Numbered from the stretch's first letter, positions 28,806-41,100 are shown. The stretch is DNA of 64,000 nt from an uncultured candidate division Zixibacteria bacterium (GCA_963664195.1 OY760907.1:1792001-1856000), one strand, 5' to 3'. Made by a program: numbers and translations. Notes: generated by a model from the sequence alone, not told the origin.

Positions 28806-28822
28806 AGTAAGAACCGTGCCAA
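28806..28822 (-). promoter_or_regulatory. sigma54-type promoter (one mismatch at the -12 element)
   Basis: TTGGCACG-GTTC-TTACT versus consensus YTGGCACG-N4-TTGCW. Confidence 0.5.
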
Positions 28823-29029
28823 ACTGTTAGAAACAAGTTAAGGCTTGACAATCAGTCCCAAGGCGCCATTTGGCAACGACTTGCATGGAATGATCCGAGC
28901 GTGGGCGAGAAGATGGATTCGGCGACCAGCGTAAACGTTTCAGGAGAGGACAGGGGGTGTTTCATGCCGACCCCGGAATGAAACGATTGAAACTATTGCC
29001 GACGCGCGCGGGCGTGGACGTTTGTGGGG

Positions 29030-30010
29030 CTAGAGGCCGACTCCAACCTGTAATTGCACTGAATACTGCTTGCTGCGAATGTCATGGCGAAGTCCCGGGA
29101 TCATCAATCCGGTAGTTGGGACGGAGGCGCTGGGATCGTCGCCGTACCAGCTCATCGTCTTGAGAAGGTCCGCTTTGAGAGAAGAGAACTCGCCGGTCAG
29201 TTTCATGAATACCTTGCGGTTGGCATTGTTCGCCGGAGGCTCGTACACTATCGAGGCTCGACCAAAAAGCCCCCAGCCACGGCCGTCGGCCTCAGTTGTG
29301 AGAGACCGCAGCAGGTGTTCGTCCTTGTCGTTGACATACAGGAATGGCGTACCGGCTGCTTTCATTTCCAGCGACAAAAACGGCGAGAAGATGACTCGCG
29401 GTGCCAGACCAACCTGCGGGCGAATGTACCGTATGTCGTACTCCAGCCCGAGCCCCTCGTAGCCGACGAGTATTGCTTCGGCCTCCGCGTCGTCGATAGG
29501 GAATTGCTGGGCGCCTTTGAAATTCAACGCGTCCTGGGATATCTTTTGGTATCCGAATCCGGCCAGAACGGCCAGTTCAAGATGTTCATTGGCGGCGATT
29601 GTTTTGGTCGCTTCAACGTAAAGGTCAACCATTTTGGCATCGACGTCGGATTCCGTGTAGCTGAAATCCTGTTCCAGATAGCCCAGCAGGGTTACCCAGT
29701 CACGGTCGGTGAACGGGTCGCCCGGGTTTGAGATGCTGATTCTTGCTGTGGCCGAGAGAGTCCAGTCGAGCTGACGATCCACGAACGACTCGTATCGTGC
29801 CTCGACCCCTGCATACATGAAATCGAGCGGAAAAATCAACTCACTACCGATTGCCGTATCGGGAGCGGCTTGTTGCGTGAAGAAGTACGACGTTTCTCCG
29901 TAGTGCATTCCCACACCGGGCGCAATCGACACGCGGCCAGTGCGCTGGGCGTAAGCAGAGGAGGCAAGGACGAGGATGAGGGCGAAGAATACGAGGATTC
30001 GGAGTTTCAT
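29030..30010 (-). CDS. omptin-family outer-membrane beta-barrel protein
   Basis: Signal peptide; SELIFPLD, DRDW, D.DEHLLR motifs; alternating beta strands. Confidence 0.7.
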   Translation of the reverse strand: MKLRILVFFALILVLASSAYAQRTGRVSIAPGVGMHYGETSYFFTQQAAPDTAIGSELIFPLDFMYAGVEARYESFVDRQLDWTLSATARISISNPGDPFTDRDWVTLLGYLEQDFSYTESDVDAKMVDLYVEATKTIAANEHLELAVLAGFGYQKISQDALNFKGAQQFPIDDAEAEAILVGYEGLGLEYDIRYIRPQVGLAPRVIFSPFLSLEMKAAGTPFLYVNDKDEHLLRSLTTEADGRGWGLFGRASIVYEPPANNANRKVFMKLTGEFSSLKADLLKTMSWYGDDPSASVPTTGLMIPGLRHDIRSKQYSVQLQVGVGL

Positions 30011-30205
30011 GATTTCTTCCTGAGTGGCGATTCTTCTATTGTAGCAATTTTCCTGTGTAGGTCAGGCCAGCGCCACGAGTGGCTGTCTTCAGGCCTGACA
30101 TTCAGGTGTCGAAACCGCAGTTTCGACCTACAAAGTTGCAAAGCACAAAACGGACGAGGATAGCCTCGTCCGTCATGTTCGTCAATGCGATAGGACTACT
30201 TCGGC

Positions 30206-30964
30206 CTACATGCCACCGGGCATCATGCCTTCGGTTTTTGTGTAGCCTGTAGGCAGGTCGTACGTTCCGGCCGGAGCATCCTTCTCGCCAGCTTCGAGAA
30301 CCTTGGTCGTGGTTTTCATGGTCTGTCCCATGACTGCCATTTCTAGCGTACTTTCAACCGGTATGCCCTCGATCTTCTTCATCTCTTCAAGGACGCCCTC
30401 GAATCCAGGCATCTGCCCCATAGCAGCATTCATTGAGGCCTGGAACAGAACCGGATCAACGTCGATATCCTCGGTGGCCCAGATTTCCTGAGTGCCCTTC
30501 ATCATCATCATAGACATTTCCACGTCGTACTTCTTGGAATCCCAGTCTCCGATTTCCTTGGTCTCATCCGTAGGCGTAACCGTGACTTTCATCGATCCCA
30601 TCACACTCTCGGCCATAGCCTTGACCTGTTCGCCAGCTTCCGAATCGTCTGCTTCGGCGGCATCAACTAACATGCCCATGAGGTCAACCGGCATCTCAAC
30701 GTAGCTTTTCTCTTCATTGTTGATCATGTACATCACGCCTTTGTCAGCTCTGACGAGAAACGTCATCTTCGGCGTCTGGTAGCATGATTTGTCTTCGGTC
30801 AGCCACATGATGGTCGTGTCGTTTGTTTCGGGCTGCTTTTGGCCCATCATCTCAAACGCATCCGAGTGCGTGGCCTGCTTGAGGTACATGTCGGCCTGTA
30901 CTTGCACGGCGAATACGGTCAGCATGAGACCGCACAGCAATACGACTATTCTTTTTGTTCTCAT
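30206..30964 (-). CDS. DUF4412-like secreted protein
   Basis: Signal peptide; 'MYMINNEEKSY', 'ETKEIGDW.SKKY', 'EIWATED', 'YDLPTGY'. Confidence 0.7.
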   Translation of the reverse strand: MRTKRIVVLLCGLMLTVFAVQVQADMYLKQATHSDAFEMMGQKQPETNDTTIMWLTEDKSCYQTPKMTFLVRADKGVMYMINNEEKSYVEMPVDLMGMLVDAAEADDSEAGEQVKAMAESVMGSMKVTVTPTDETKEIGDWDSKKYDVEMSMMMMKGTQEIWATEDIDVDPVLFQASMNAAMGQMPGFEGVLEEMKKIEGIPVESTLEMAVMGQTMKTTTKVLEAGEKDAPAGTYDLPTGYTKTEGMMPGGM

Positions 30965-31087
30965 GTAGATACTCCTGTCCTGTTTAGCTTTCGATAGTTC
31001 CCATTGTTTCAATTATACTGGAATAGCGAATATAGGGCGGAGTTATTCAACAAAAAAACGATAAATGTGGAGCGACCGGCGTTTCGC

Positions 31088-32257
31088 CTACTCCTGCAAG
31101 TGTGTTTCTCCGGCCCGGACAATCGCCAGACGCGTCAAAAACGGCCCGATTCCCTCATATACTATGACCGAAGACAGGACCACCGTGCCGATGATCGTCC
31201 CCAACTCCGGGTGCGACTCGGAAACCGTGATCACCATACCAATCGCTACCCCGGCCTGGGGGAGAAGGGTCATGCCGAGATTATTAGTCACCTGTGGACT
31301 GATATTGTATTGCTTGCAGGTGAAGTGAGCCCCGATCCATTTGCCCACCGGTCTTGCGATCAAGTAGGCCGCTCCGAGTGCCCCGAGGCTCGATAGCTCC
31401 GACAGATGCAGCGAGGCCCCCGACAGAACAAAAAACGCGATATAAAACGGCATCTCTGTTTGTCTGAGTTCGGCATACACGAGACGGTGCATCATCGAAA
31501 GGTTGTTTGTGACCGCGCCGATAATCAGGCAAACCATCAGGTGTGAGATACTCATCTGGCGAGCGATACCGATTCCTACGAGCAACCCGCCGATGATGAC
31601 CAGCAGCAACTCGGAGAGATCGTCGATCTTCTGCTCCCAGTACGTAATGATCGCCGCGATGACGCCGCCGATCAGGACCGACGCGATCAGTTCCTTGCCG
31701 AGAGCGAGGGCGGCATCAAGCCAGGGCTCTCCCTGAGACATGGAGTAGAGCGAGAAAAACACGCGGAACACGATCAGGCAGAGGATATTGTTCATCGCCA
31801 CCACAGCCAGCAGCGTGTCAGTCAACGGTCCCCGACTTCGGTACTCACGGATCACCAGCAGCGTCACGCCCGGCGCGGTAGCGATACTGATCGAGCCGAG
31901 GAGGATGGCAAGTCCCCAGTCGGACGAAATCAGGAACGTGATCGCAAAGACAAGAAAGAAGGCGCCGAAACTCTCCGCGAGCGCTACAAAGATCACTTTG
32001 CGTCCCATTGCCTTGAGGTGTCGCCATTCGATCTCGCCGCCGATTGCAAACAGGATCAGGCCGAGCGCGATATCGTTGACCAGCGAAACGTCATGGAGCG
32101 TCGTGTCAGAGATGAGGCCGAGAATTGAGGGGCCGAACAGGAGTCCGGTGAGCATATATCCTGTGACGCGGGGGATTTTGATCCGATGTGATAGCTTGCC
32201 GCCCAGAATACCCAGGAGGATGATAATACCGACGCCCAGAAGTTCCGTGATCTGCAT
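31088..32257 (-). CDS. cation:proton antiporter (CPA2/Kef-type membrane subunit)
   Basis: About 12 TM helices; IPRVTGY, LFAIGGE, ATAP, PQAGVAIG. Confidence 0.88.
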   Translation of the reverse strand: MQITELLGVGIIILLGILGGKLSHRIKIPRVTGYMLTGLLFGPSILGLISDTTLHDVSLVNDIALGLILFAIGGEIEWRHLKAMGRKVIFVALAESFGAFFLVFAITFLISSDWGLAILLGSISIATAPGVTLLVIREYRSRGPLTDTLLAVVAMNNILCLIVFRVFFSLYSMSQGEPWLDAALALGKELIASVLIGGVIAAIITYWEQKIDDLSELLLVIIGGLLVGIGIARQMSISHLMVCLIIGAVTNNLSMMHRLVYAELRQTEMPFYIAFFVLSGASLHLSELSSLGALGAAYLIARPVGKWIGAHFTCKQYNISPQVTNNLGMTLLPQAGVAIGMVITVSESHPELGTIIGTVVLSSVIVYEGIGPFLTRLAIVRAGETHLQE

Positions 32258-32456
32258 TCAACTGCCCCGTAAGGTTTGCGCGCGAAATCATCGGAATTAT
32301 AGAGTGCGGTTTTGCCCGTGTCAACTTCAACAGGGGGGAGGTCTTCGCAGGGAAGGTTGGGCGGCACACGCCCTCGTGTGCCCCTTCAGACCTGCGAGGA
32401 CGTTGGCGGGTTCGCGGACGGACCCGCCCTACAAGATCGCACATGCGGCGATGCCC

Positions 32457-32732
32457 CTACACCAACCCCATCAAAAACCCGAGGAGCATATCCAGCACCG
32501 CTTCTTCCGGCTCGACGGGCTGGAGGTCGCCGGTTGACTTGCTCGGATCAATCCAAGGCCAATCGTCGCCGCTCGGTTTGTCGTTTTCGTTCCAGCCGGA
32601 ATCATCCGCGTCTCGCGCGTCCGTCGTACCGATTCCAGAACGTTGGGAGGCGTCGAGGTCCATCGACATGACCGCCGGTGCCGCCCAGAGCATGCACATC
32701 GCCAGCATCAGACATAGTGTTAGTTGTTTCAT
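32457..32732 (-). CDS. small secreted acidic protein
   Basis: AAAGGA RBS; signal peptide MKQLTLCLMLAMCMLWAAPA. Confidence 0.55.
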   Translation of the reverse strand: MKQLTLCLMLAMCMLWAAPAVMSMDLDASQRSGIGTTDARDADDSGWNENDKPSGDDWPWIDPSKSTGDLQPVEPEEAVLDMLLGFLMGLV

Positions 32733-33415
32733 GATTCTGTATCCTTTCGGTATATGTATGTTTCTCCGGGCAGAGTTTTTGTTCGATCAATCACGCGTTC
32801 TCTTCGTAGCGCAGGTCTGTCTTCAGACCTGCGAGGACATTGGCAGGTTTGAAGACAGCCACTCGTGGCGCCAATCCGCCCACAAGATTGTCGGGTTTCT
32901 CGCCCCGCCATCGGCGGGCCTCGGAACGCCGACCCACTGTCATTCTTCGAAGCCAAGGTCTGAAGACAGACCGTGGCCTACAAGACTATAGCCCTACAAG
33001 ACTGCACGCAATTCAAGACGCGCGCACGTATACCGATGTCGATGTCTTGGATGTGCTCCCCACCGTTACCCACCCCGAGGGGGACCCTGGTGTCGTGCCA
33101 GATCCTATCCAATAATGGTTAATGTTGACGTCATTGTCAAGTGTTCGAAGGTGTGTTTTTGGCGAATGGGTGAGGGGTTTGCGTCATCTTGTAGGGTGGA
33201 ACCCTTTAGCGGTTCCGCCGGAAAGAGAGTCCGCCGCAGGCGGACGGTGGCAGAACCGCTCCGAGCGCGTTCAGTAGTGGGGGAGAGCGTCTATTCGGGT
33301 TCTGCCCTACAGCAGCCTACAAGTCGAAGATGGCAGGTCTGAAGACAGAGCATGCCCTTCATGATATCCCCAACTACCCCTTTGACATTCAACCGCGTAC
33401 CCCTATATTCCCTCC

Positions 33416-34180
33416 ATGTTACTCGCTATTGATATCGGCAATACAAATACCGTCGTGGGCGTCTTCAAAGGCACCACGCTCAAAGACAGTTTTCGCGTCG
33501 CCTCCCAGCGTACCATGACCGCCGACGAGGCCGGGTTTTTCATCACCGGGCTGCTCCAGCGGATGCGGATTCCAAACGAGGATGTCGACGAGGTCGTGAT
33601 TGCGTCGGTCGTCCCGCCGCTGACGCCCGTGTTCGAGCAGACCGCCAAGAAGTACTTCGGCTGTTTTCCGGTGATCGTCTCGGCACATATCCACCTTCCG
33701 ATCAAAATCGACATTGACCAGCCGGACGAGGTCGGTGCGGATCGTATTGCCAACTCGGTCGCGGCGTTCCAGAAATTCGGCGGCCCGTGTATCGTAATCG
33801 ATTTCGGTACTGCCACCACATTCGATGTGGTCAACGCCGAAGGTGCGTATATCGGTGGCATCATTATACCGGGACCGAAAACTTCCATGGGCGAACTGGC
33901 CCGCAAGGCGTCCCGTTTGTTCGAGGTACGGATCGAAAAGCCGGACACGGTTGTCGGACGCTCCACCGCGGGCGCGCTCAAATCCGGATTGTTTTACGGC
34001 ACGGTTGGACAGATCGATTTTCTGGTCGAGAAGATCCTCGAAGAGACCGGATTCGAGAATGTTCGTATTGTCGCCACGGGCGGTTTGGCCAACGGTATCG
34101 AAAAGGCCTCGCGGCATATCAAACTGGTTGAACCGTCGTTGACGCTCGAGGGCCTTCGGTTGATCGCCGAAGGGAATTGA
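33416..34180 (+). CDS. coaX: type III pantothenate kinase
   Basis: LAIDIGNTN, SVVP, GADR, IDFGTATT, ATGG motifs. Confidence 0.95.
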   Translation: MLLAIDIGNTNTVVGVFKGTTLKDSFRVASQRTMTADEAGFFITGLLQRMRIPNEDVDEVVIASVVPPLTPVFEQTAKKYFGCFPVIVSAHIHLPIKIDIDQPDEVGADRIANSVAAFQKFGGPCIVIDFGTATTFDVVNAEGAYIGGIIIPGPKTSMGELARKASRLFEVRIEKPDTVVGRSTAGALKSGLFYGTVGQIDFLVEKILEETGFENVRIVATGGLANGIEKASRHIKLVEPSLTLEGLRLIAEGN

Positions 34181-34491
34181 ACGAATAAGGTCTTTGTAGA
34201 GCGGGTCTCTGCCACGAGTGGCCGTCTTTGAATCCCCCAAAGGATTTTTTAGTATCTGCAGACCGAAACTCCTCTAGTTTCGACATTCACTTGTCATAAC
34301 CGCAGGGCAACGCGGTTGAGTTGGTCTTGACCTACAGAAACCAAACATTCGGTGCCTCCGTTCTTTACTACCCAAACTCGCCAAACCACACCAACTTCCA
34401 CCAAAATCGCAAAATCTGCCAACAAACGTGTCAATGTGGCAGCCAATTTGTCACTTTTTTGCCAAAATCACTACTTTTTCCGTGGAACCTC

Positions 34492-34519
34492 TTGACTTCT
34501 AACCCGTTTAATGTATCAT
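34492..34519 (+). promoter_or_regulatory. sigma70-type promoter of groESL
   Basis: TTGACT-N16-TATCAT just upstream of the CIRCE. Confidence 0.55.
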
Positions 34520-34528
34520 GTCACGCGC

Positions 34529-34555
34529 TTAGCACTCAATGGATGAGAGTGCTAA
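34529..34555 (+). promoter_or_regulatory. CIRCE element (HrcA operator)
   Basis: Perfect TTAGCACTC-N9-GAGTGCTAA upstream of groES. Confidence 0.97.
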
Positions 34556-34617
34556 CAACGTAATATGGTAACGAATCTAAGAGATTGTTTTAGTCCTAAT
34601 TATTGGAGGCAAAGAAA

Positions 34618-36598
<1,981 letters not shown>

Positions 36599-36621
36599 TT
36601 CCCCCTGCGGCGCCTACGTCT

Positions 36622-36664
36622 GCAAATCAAAAAGACCCGGTCACTACGACCGGGTCTTTTTTTG
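36622..36664 (+). terminator. groEL terminator; copy 1 of an exact 43-bp direct repeat
   Basis: GCAAATCAAAAAGACCCGGTCACTACGACCGGGTCTTTTTTTG. Confidence 0.9.
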
Positions 36665-36733
36665 TGCTTGATCAAATCGTCTCTATTGTCCATATTGTGA
36701 CAGCAGTAATCTAATCAATGACGGGGGATTCTT

Positions 36734-38605
36734 ATGGGCGAAGTTCTTTACAACGGCAAGTTGATATACGGGAAGAATGTCTATTCGGTCACTCTGGAAG
36801 ACACGACCCTAGCCGGAACCGACGGCGTGAGATACCAAATCGATTTGCTGGATGCTGACGGGGATCGCATTGCTAGCGAGCAGAAAGTAGTCGGAATATC
36901 GCGCACTTGGTTGGCGATGCAGCCATACCTCGAAGCCGATCTGATCGCGCTTCTAATTCAGTTCAGGAGGCGGTTGCCTCGTGTGATTACGAGTAAAGAA
37001 GATGCCCTGTTCAAGTTTCCTGACTGGAAGTGGGATGTTAAGCTGTACAAGATCGGTCAGCTTCTGCGTACTTACTTCGGGTTGGACCGATCTGCACACT
37101 TGCCACCCGAATGCCTGCGTAATTCTGTCACGATAGAGTATTTCGAGATACTGTCGGTGTTGGGATATCTGCATGATCAGGGTGTCATCAGGCACGACAG
37201 AAGCAGTGATGAAGATGTCGTTGTGGGAGAAGACTGGCCAACGCCACTTGGCAGGATTCTCGACGACCTAAAACCTTTGTCCTGGGAACCAATCGGCGGA
37301 GGGGTAGTGGTTGTCCCGGAACCAGTTGTCGTCAAGATCGGGGTGAGCGATCCCGTCGTCACCATCTCTCCCACCAGGTGTCCCGTACCGATGCCCAACG
37401 GTGATCTCTGTGGTCGTCCTGCTGAGGACTCTGGTGGACGCTGCATTTGTCATTGCGAGGAGCCCAAAGAGCTGGGGCCCTTCGAGATCGCGGTAGCAGA
37501 GGTGCTGTCGGATGACAACGCTGTACACGATTTCACTGGCTTTGTCTTTCCCGAGGACTTCCGATTTCCAGATGCACGGCGTTTTGCTGGTAGTGTTGTA
37601 TTCTTTGATTGTCAGTTTCGGTGTCTCGTTAGTCTAAGGGAGAGTGTGTTCACCAACCAGCTACTCATCGCCAACAGTCGTTTTGAAAGAGGGGCGAGTT
37701 TAGCCAATTCCCAGTTTCAAGGCTCTTTCGAAATCCGCGAATGCGAGTTGAGTCTGTTGAATCTGAGTTATTCGGTGTTTCAAGACGGGTTCGTGTTCAT
37801 GCGCAATGTCATTCGCCCCGGATTGGTTGTCAATGCGGAAGAGAACGGCAATCAGAGACTAGTGGACATGCGGGGAACGGTCTTTGAGAATGGGCAGCAG
37901 GTATTTCTGAAGGACATCAAGGCATCTGAGATAGCACTTGGCGGCTGCAATCTCGCCACAGCAGGGCATCTCCAGTTCGAGGGACTCAGCCGAAATGACA
38001 ACACCACTTACTGGTTGGCTGATGAGGGGCCAGTCCTAGCCCACGAGGGACTCAGAGAAAGACCTTATCGCCAGAGGAATTATGCACTTGCGGATTCCTA
38101 TCAACAGATTCAGCGGCACATGATTTCGATTCGGAACTACACCGCCGCCGGAGGGTTCCATGAGCGCGAGATGGATGTGCGTAGGAAACACCTCGCCGGT
38201 TCCGTGGTTGACCGGTTGCTCTTCGAGCTATACAGCCTACTATCGCGATACGGGGAGAGCCTGAAACTGCCCGTCTTCTGGCTGGCACTGCTATTGGCCT
38301 CGTTTCCGATAGCAACCTCTCTTTGGATGGGAAACCATAATCTCGACTGGATAGGTTATGCAGAATGGAGCATTGGAGACGTTTCGATTTGTGTTAAGGA
38401 GTGGCTTTGTGATGTGGTTCGCAACGTAGAGAGTCTTTTCTTTGTCAGGGGCGAGCCGTTCTGGCCCAGGTACAGTACTGATCCGACCGAAGTAACGATC
38501 GTTTCGGAAGGCTGGCGTCTCTTGATTATCGTTGAGCGAGTCTTTGCAGCTATCTTGGTGTCCTTCATAGTTATCAATGTCCGTCGTCGATTCCGCCGCT
38601 ACTAG
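36734..38605 (+). CDS. pentapeptide-repeat-like membrane protein with Cys/His cluster
   Basis: CPVP..CGRP...CICH, Phe-periodic repeats (FTGFVF, CQF, SVF, SRF, SQF), 'YTAAGGFHEREM', 'YGES', C-terminal TM helices. Confidence 0.7.
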   Translation: MGEVLYNGKLIYGKNVYSVTLEDTTLAGTDGVRYQIDLLDADGDRIASEQKVVGISRTWLAMQPYLEADLIALLIQFRRRLPRVITSKEDALFKFPDWKWDVKLYKIGQLLRTYFGLDRSAHLPPECLRNSVTIEYFEILSVLGYLHDQGVIRHDRSSDEDVVVGEDWPTPLGRILDDLKPLSWEPIGGGVVVVPEPVVVKIGVSDPVVTISPTRCPVPMPNGDLCGRPAEDSGGRCICHCEEPKELGPFEIAVAEVLSDDNAVHDFTGFVFPEDFRFPDARRFAGSVVFFDCQFRCLVSLRESVFTNQLLIANSRFERGASLANSQFQGSFEIRECELSLLNLSYSVFQDGFVFMRNVIRPGLVVNAEENGNQRLVDMRGTVFENGQQVFLKDIKASEIALGGCNLATAGHLQFEGLSRNDNTTYWLADEGPVLAHEGLRERPYRQRNYALADSYQQIQRHMISIRNYTAAGGFHEREMDVRRKHLAGSVVDRLLFELYSLLSRYGESLKLPVFWLALLLASFPIATSLWMGNHNLDWIGYAEWSIGDVSICVKEWLCDVVRNVESLFFVRGEPFWPRYSTDPTEVTIVSEGWRLLIIVERVFAAILVSFIVINVRRRFRRY

Positions 38606-38622
38606 ATGCAACGCTTAAGCTC

Positions 38623-38665
38623 GCAAATCAAAAAGACCCGGTCACTACGACCGGGTCTTTTTTTG
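38623..38665 (+). repeat. copy 2 of the exact 43-bp groEL-terminator repeat
   Basis: Identical to 36622-36664. Confidence 0.92.
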
Positions 38666-38696
38666 CTTCCCGCTAACTTGTCACAACCCCCTCCGG

Positions 38697-39089
38697 CTAT
38701 GGCACCAGCTGTCCCTCCCGTCGAGAAGCAATGTCTACCAGAAAACGTCGAAACGGCGCGTGAATGCATTCCTTCGAACAGGCCGTCAGGTCATCGATAT
38801 ACATACAGTGCATTTCGCAATCGGACGTGCCGGTCAAATCCAGACACGGAATTTGCTCGTCGAGGACCGGCAGGAAATCTTTCACCGGAATAAGAAAAGT
38901 TGTCCCGCAACCCTCTACCTGGTGGTTGAAATAGAACACGTTGAGATCGAACGCCTTGCTCTCAAAACTCATACCCACCGGCTCAACATGTTCGCAATCG
39001 ATTATGTTTTTGAGACTGAACCACTTGCCGCAGCCCGGACATTGTTTGAATCGTCGCTGGTTCACTGATAGCCCTCTTTTCCTGGGCAA
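38697..39089 (-). CDS. Cys-rich hypothetical (putative metal-binding) protein
   Basis: CPGC, H...CGTT, C...C...C...C pattern; start uncertain. Confidence 0.55.
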   Translation of the reverse strand: MPRKRGLSVNQRRFKQCPGCGKWFSLKNIIDCEHVEPVGMSFESKAFDLNVFYFNHQVEGCGTTFLIPVKDFLPVLDEQIPCLDLTGTSDCEMHCMYIDDLTACSKECIHAPFRRFLVDIASRREGQLVP

Positions 39090-39200
39090 TCCCTGCCCAT
39101 GACTTTTGTTGTCGACCCAAAACCATATAGGAGTTAGGCCTCCACAAACCTTTGCTAAGTCACTGGTTGACAGCCGGTGTGAAAGGACTATCTTGCCGCT

Positions 39201-39953
39201 ATGAGTAGACCAGATGAACTTATCTCAATTATCAGGGCGGAATTCCCCGATGACCGGCTGACCTTCCAGAAGACGGTTGCGACGTTTCATCCGGAGTCAA
39301 CCGAGGAGGCCGCGAAGCTTATCTCGTTGGCCGGCAAGCACAAACAGAAGCTCTACATCACCGGATTCGGCAACAATATCGACCCGATCGATGAGCCGTT
39401 TACCTCTATGGTAACTATCCGGACCGACCGCCTCAACGACATTCTGGACGTCTCCGCACCCGATCTGTATGTCAAACTGGGAGCAGGATTTCCGATCCGG
39501 GAGGTCAACAAACATATCGAATCCGAAGGCCTTTTCATGGCCCATTCGGCTCTTCCGTATGTGGGATCGGTGGGCGGTTCGATAGCGGTAAATCTGTCAG
39601 CCGAGCTTAGCGGTCATCACCTGCCGATTAAGAAATATCTCGTCCGGGCGGAAATCGTCACCGGCGGCGGGGATGTCATCACACCGGGGTCGGCCTGTTT
39701 TAAGTCGGTGTCGGGGTACGATATCGTGAAGATATTCGCGCAGTCCTGGGGGCTGCTGGGGCTGGTGGTCAGCGCGACCTTCCGTGTGGTGCCGCTGGCG
39801 GCTGCCGACGAGTTCGCCACGATGAAAATGAACGCAATCGACCGCGAGCATTTCCTCGACGGCCTCCGTGAGACCAACGAAGGCCCGGATGCAATATATT
39901 CGCGCAAGATCAAGGAGAAGTTCGATCCCCACGGGATTCTCCCGATTGTCTGA
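39201..39953 (+). CDS. FAD-binding oxidoreductase (GlcD/GlcE-like)
   Basis: GSVGG, KSVSGYD, SWGLLG, KEKFDPHGIL. Confidence 0.8.
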   Translation: MSRPDELISIIRAEFPDDRLTFQKTVATFHPESTEEAAKLISLAGKHKQKLYITGFGNNIDPIDEPFTSMVTIRTDRLNDILDVSAPDLYVKLGAGFPIREVNKHIESEGLFMAHSALPYVGSVGGSIAVNLSAELSGHHLPIKKYLVRAEIVTGGGDVITPGSACFKSVSGYDIVKIFAQSWGLLGLVVSATFRVVPLAAADEFATMKMNAIDREHFLDGLRETNEGPDAIYSRKIKEKFDPHGILPIV

Positions 39954-39996
39954 GCAAGGAACGTATTCGTTGGAGAGATCAATCAAGGAGGCAGCT

Positions 39997-40377
39997 ATGG
40001 AAAGAGCAGCAGAGCATTCCCGGGTCGCCGTGCTGGGCGCCTCAACAAACGAAGAGCGGTACTCGTTTCAGGCCGTGAAAATGCTGGGCGAGTACGGCCA
40101 CATCCCCATTCCGGTGCATCCGAAAGGACACACGGTCAACGGCATTTCCGGTTTGAAGTCACTTGGCGATATCACCGGGCCGATTGATACTCTGACAGTG
40201 TATGTCAACGCAAAGATATCCAGCGCCGAGTTGGATCATATTCTGGAGTTGAAGCCGCGACGGGTTGTGTTCAATCCGGGGGCAGAGAACGCCGAATTGG
40301 GCAAGACACTCAGAGAGAATGGGATCGAAGTGGTAGAGGCGTGTACGCTGGTAATGCTCCGTACGGAGCAGTTCTAG
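39997..40377 (+). CDS. CoA-binding protein (YccU-like)
   Basis: VAVLGAS...RYS, PVHP, FNPGAEN, EACTLV; GGAGG RBS. Confidence 0.88.
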   Translation: MERAAEHSRVAVLGASTNEERYSFQAVKMLGEYGHIPIPVHPKGHTVNGISGLKSLGDITGPIDTLTVYVNAKISSAELDHILELKPRRVVFNPGAENAELGKTLRENGIEVVEACTLVMLRTEQF

Positions 40378-40389
40378 AACCGATATATC

Positions 40390-41100
40390 CTACTTCGGGT
40401 CATTACCCAAGTGGGTGAGTTTGTCCATTTTGGCTTTGATTGCCACCACGGCCACATCAGTCAACTCTTCGATATCCATGTAGGCGGTATTGACCACCAG
40501 GTCGTATAGCCGGGGGTTGTCTATGTCCTCGTCACACAGAGTGGCGATAAACTCTCGTCGGTCTCGATCTGACATCTCGATAATCCTTTTTGCCTCGTCA
40601 GCATCGATTTGCTTGTATTTCACGAGGTTTTCGATCCGCTTTTTCTTCGGACAGATCACGCGAATATGAAAGCCCCTTCTGGGGCCGAGGATCACATTGC
40701 CGCCCCTTCCCATCAGCACGATACCGCCCAACTCCGACATAGAAAGAACCACCCGGCAAAGCTGTTTGGCATAGTCGGAATGGTCCACTGCCTGGCCCGT
40801 GAGAAAGGCTTCCATCGTCAGTTCCAACTGGCTTCGGGAGTGCTCGTCGAGGGACTCAATGACCCGTCTCAGATAACCGGAAGTGCGGCAGATGACGTCG
40901 ATTGCCTCCCGATGCAGCCTCTGGTAGCCGAGCCGACCGGCCAGACGTGAGCCGAAATACGATCCGCGGCTTCCGGATTCGCGACTGATCGTGACAATTG
41001 GAGCAGGCGTGCGCTTGACGTCGGATTTGGTCTCGACCTCTCGCTTTTCCAGTTCCCATTTGAGCAGCTGCCGATTGACTATGGATTCGATAGAAGTCAC
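40390..41100 (-). CDS. cytidylate kinase-like family protein
   Basis: VTISRESGSRG, VLMGRGG, SDRDR, YDLVVNT; AGGAGG RBS before the GTG. Confidence 0.85.
   Translation of the reverse strand: MTSIESIVNRQLLKWELEKREVETKSDVKRTPAPIVTISRESGSRGSYFGSRLAGRLGYQRLHREAIDVICRTSGYLRRVIESLDEHSRSQLELTMEAFLTGQAVDHSDYAKQLCRVVLSMSELGGIVLMGRGGNVILGPRRGFHIRVICPKKKRIENLVKYKQIDADEAKRIIEMSDRDRREFIATLCDEDIDNPRLYDLVVNTAYMDIEELTDVAVVAIKAKMDKLTHLGNDPK

Noticed and set aside
28871..28886. Plus-strand sigma54 promoter TGGCAACGACTTGCA
   Set aside because: Only 9 nt between GG and GC; sigma54 requires 10.
32340..33350. CRISPR array or integron attC array
   Set aside because: Repeats are heterogeneous and irregularly spaced, lack clear RYYYAAC...GTTRRRY boundaries, and have no integrase nearby.
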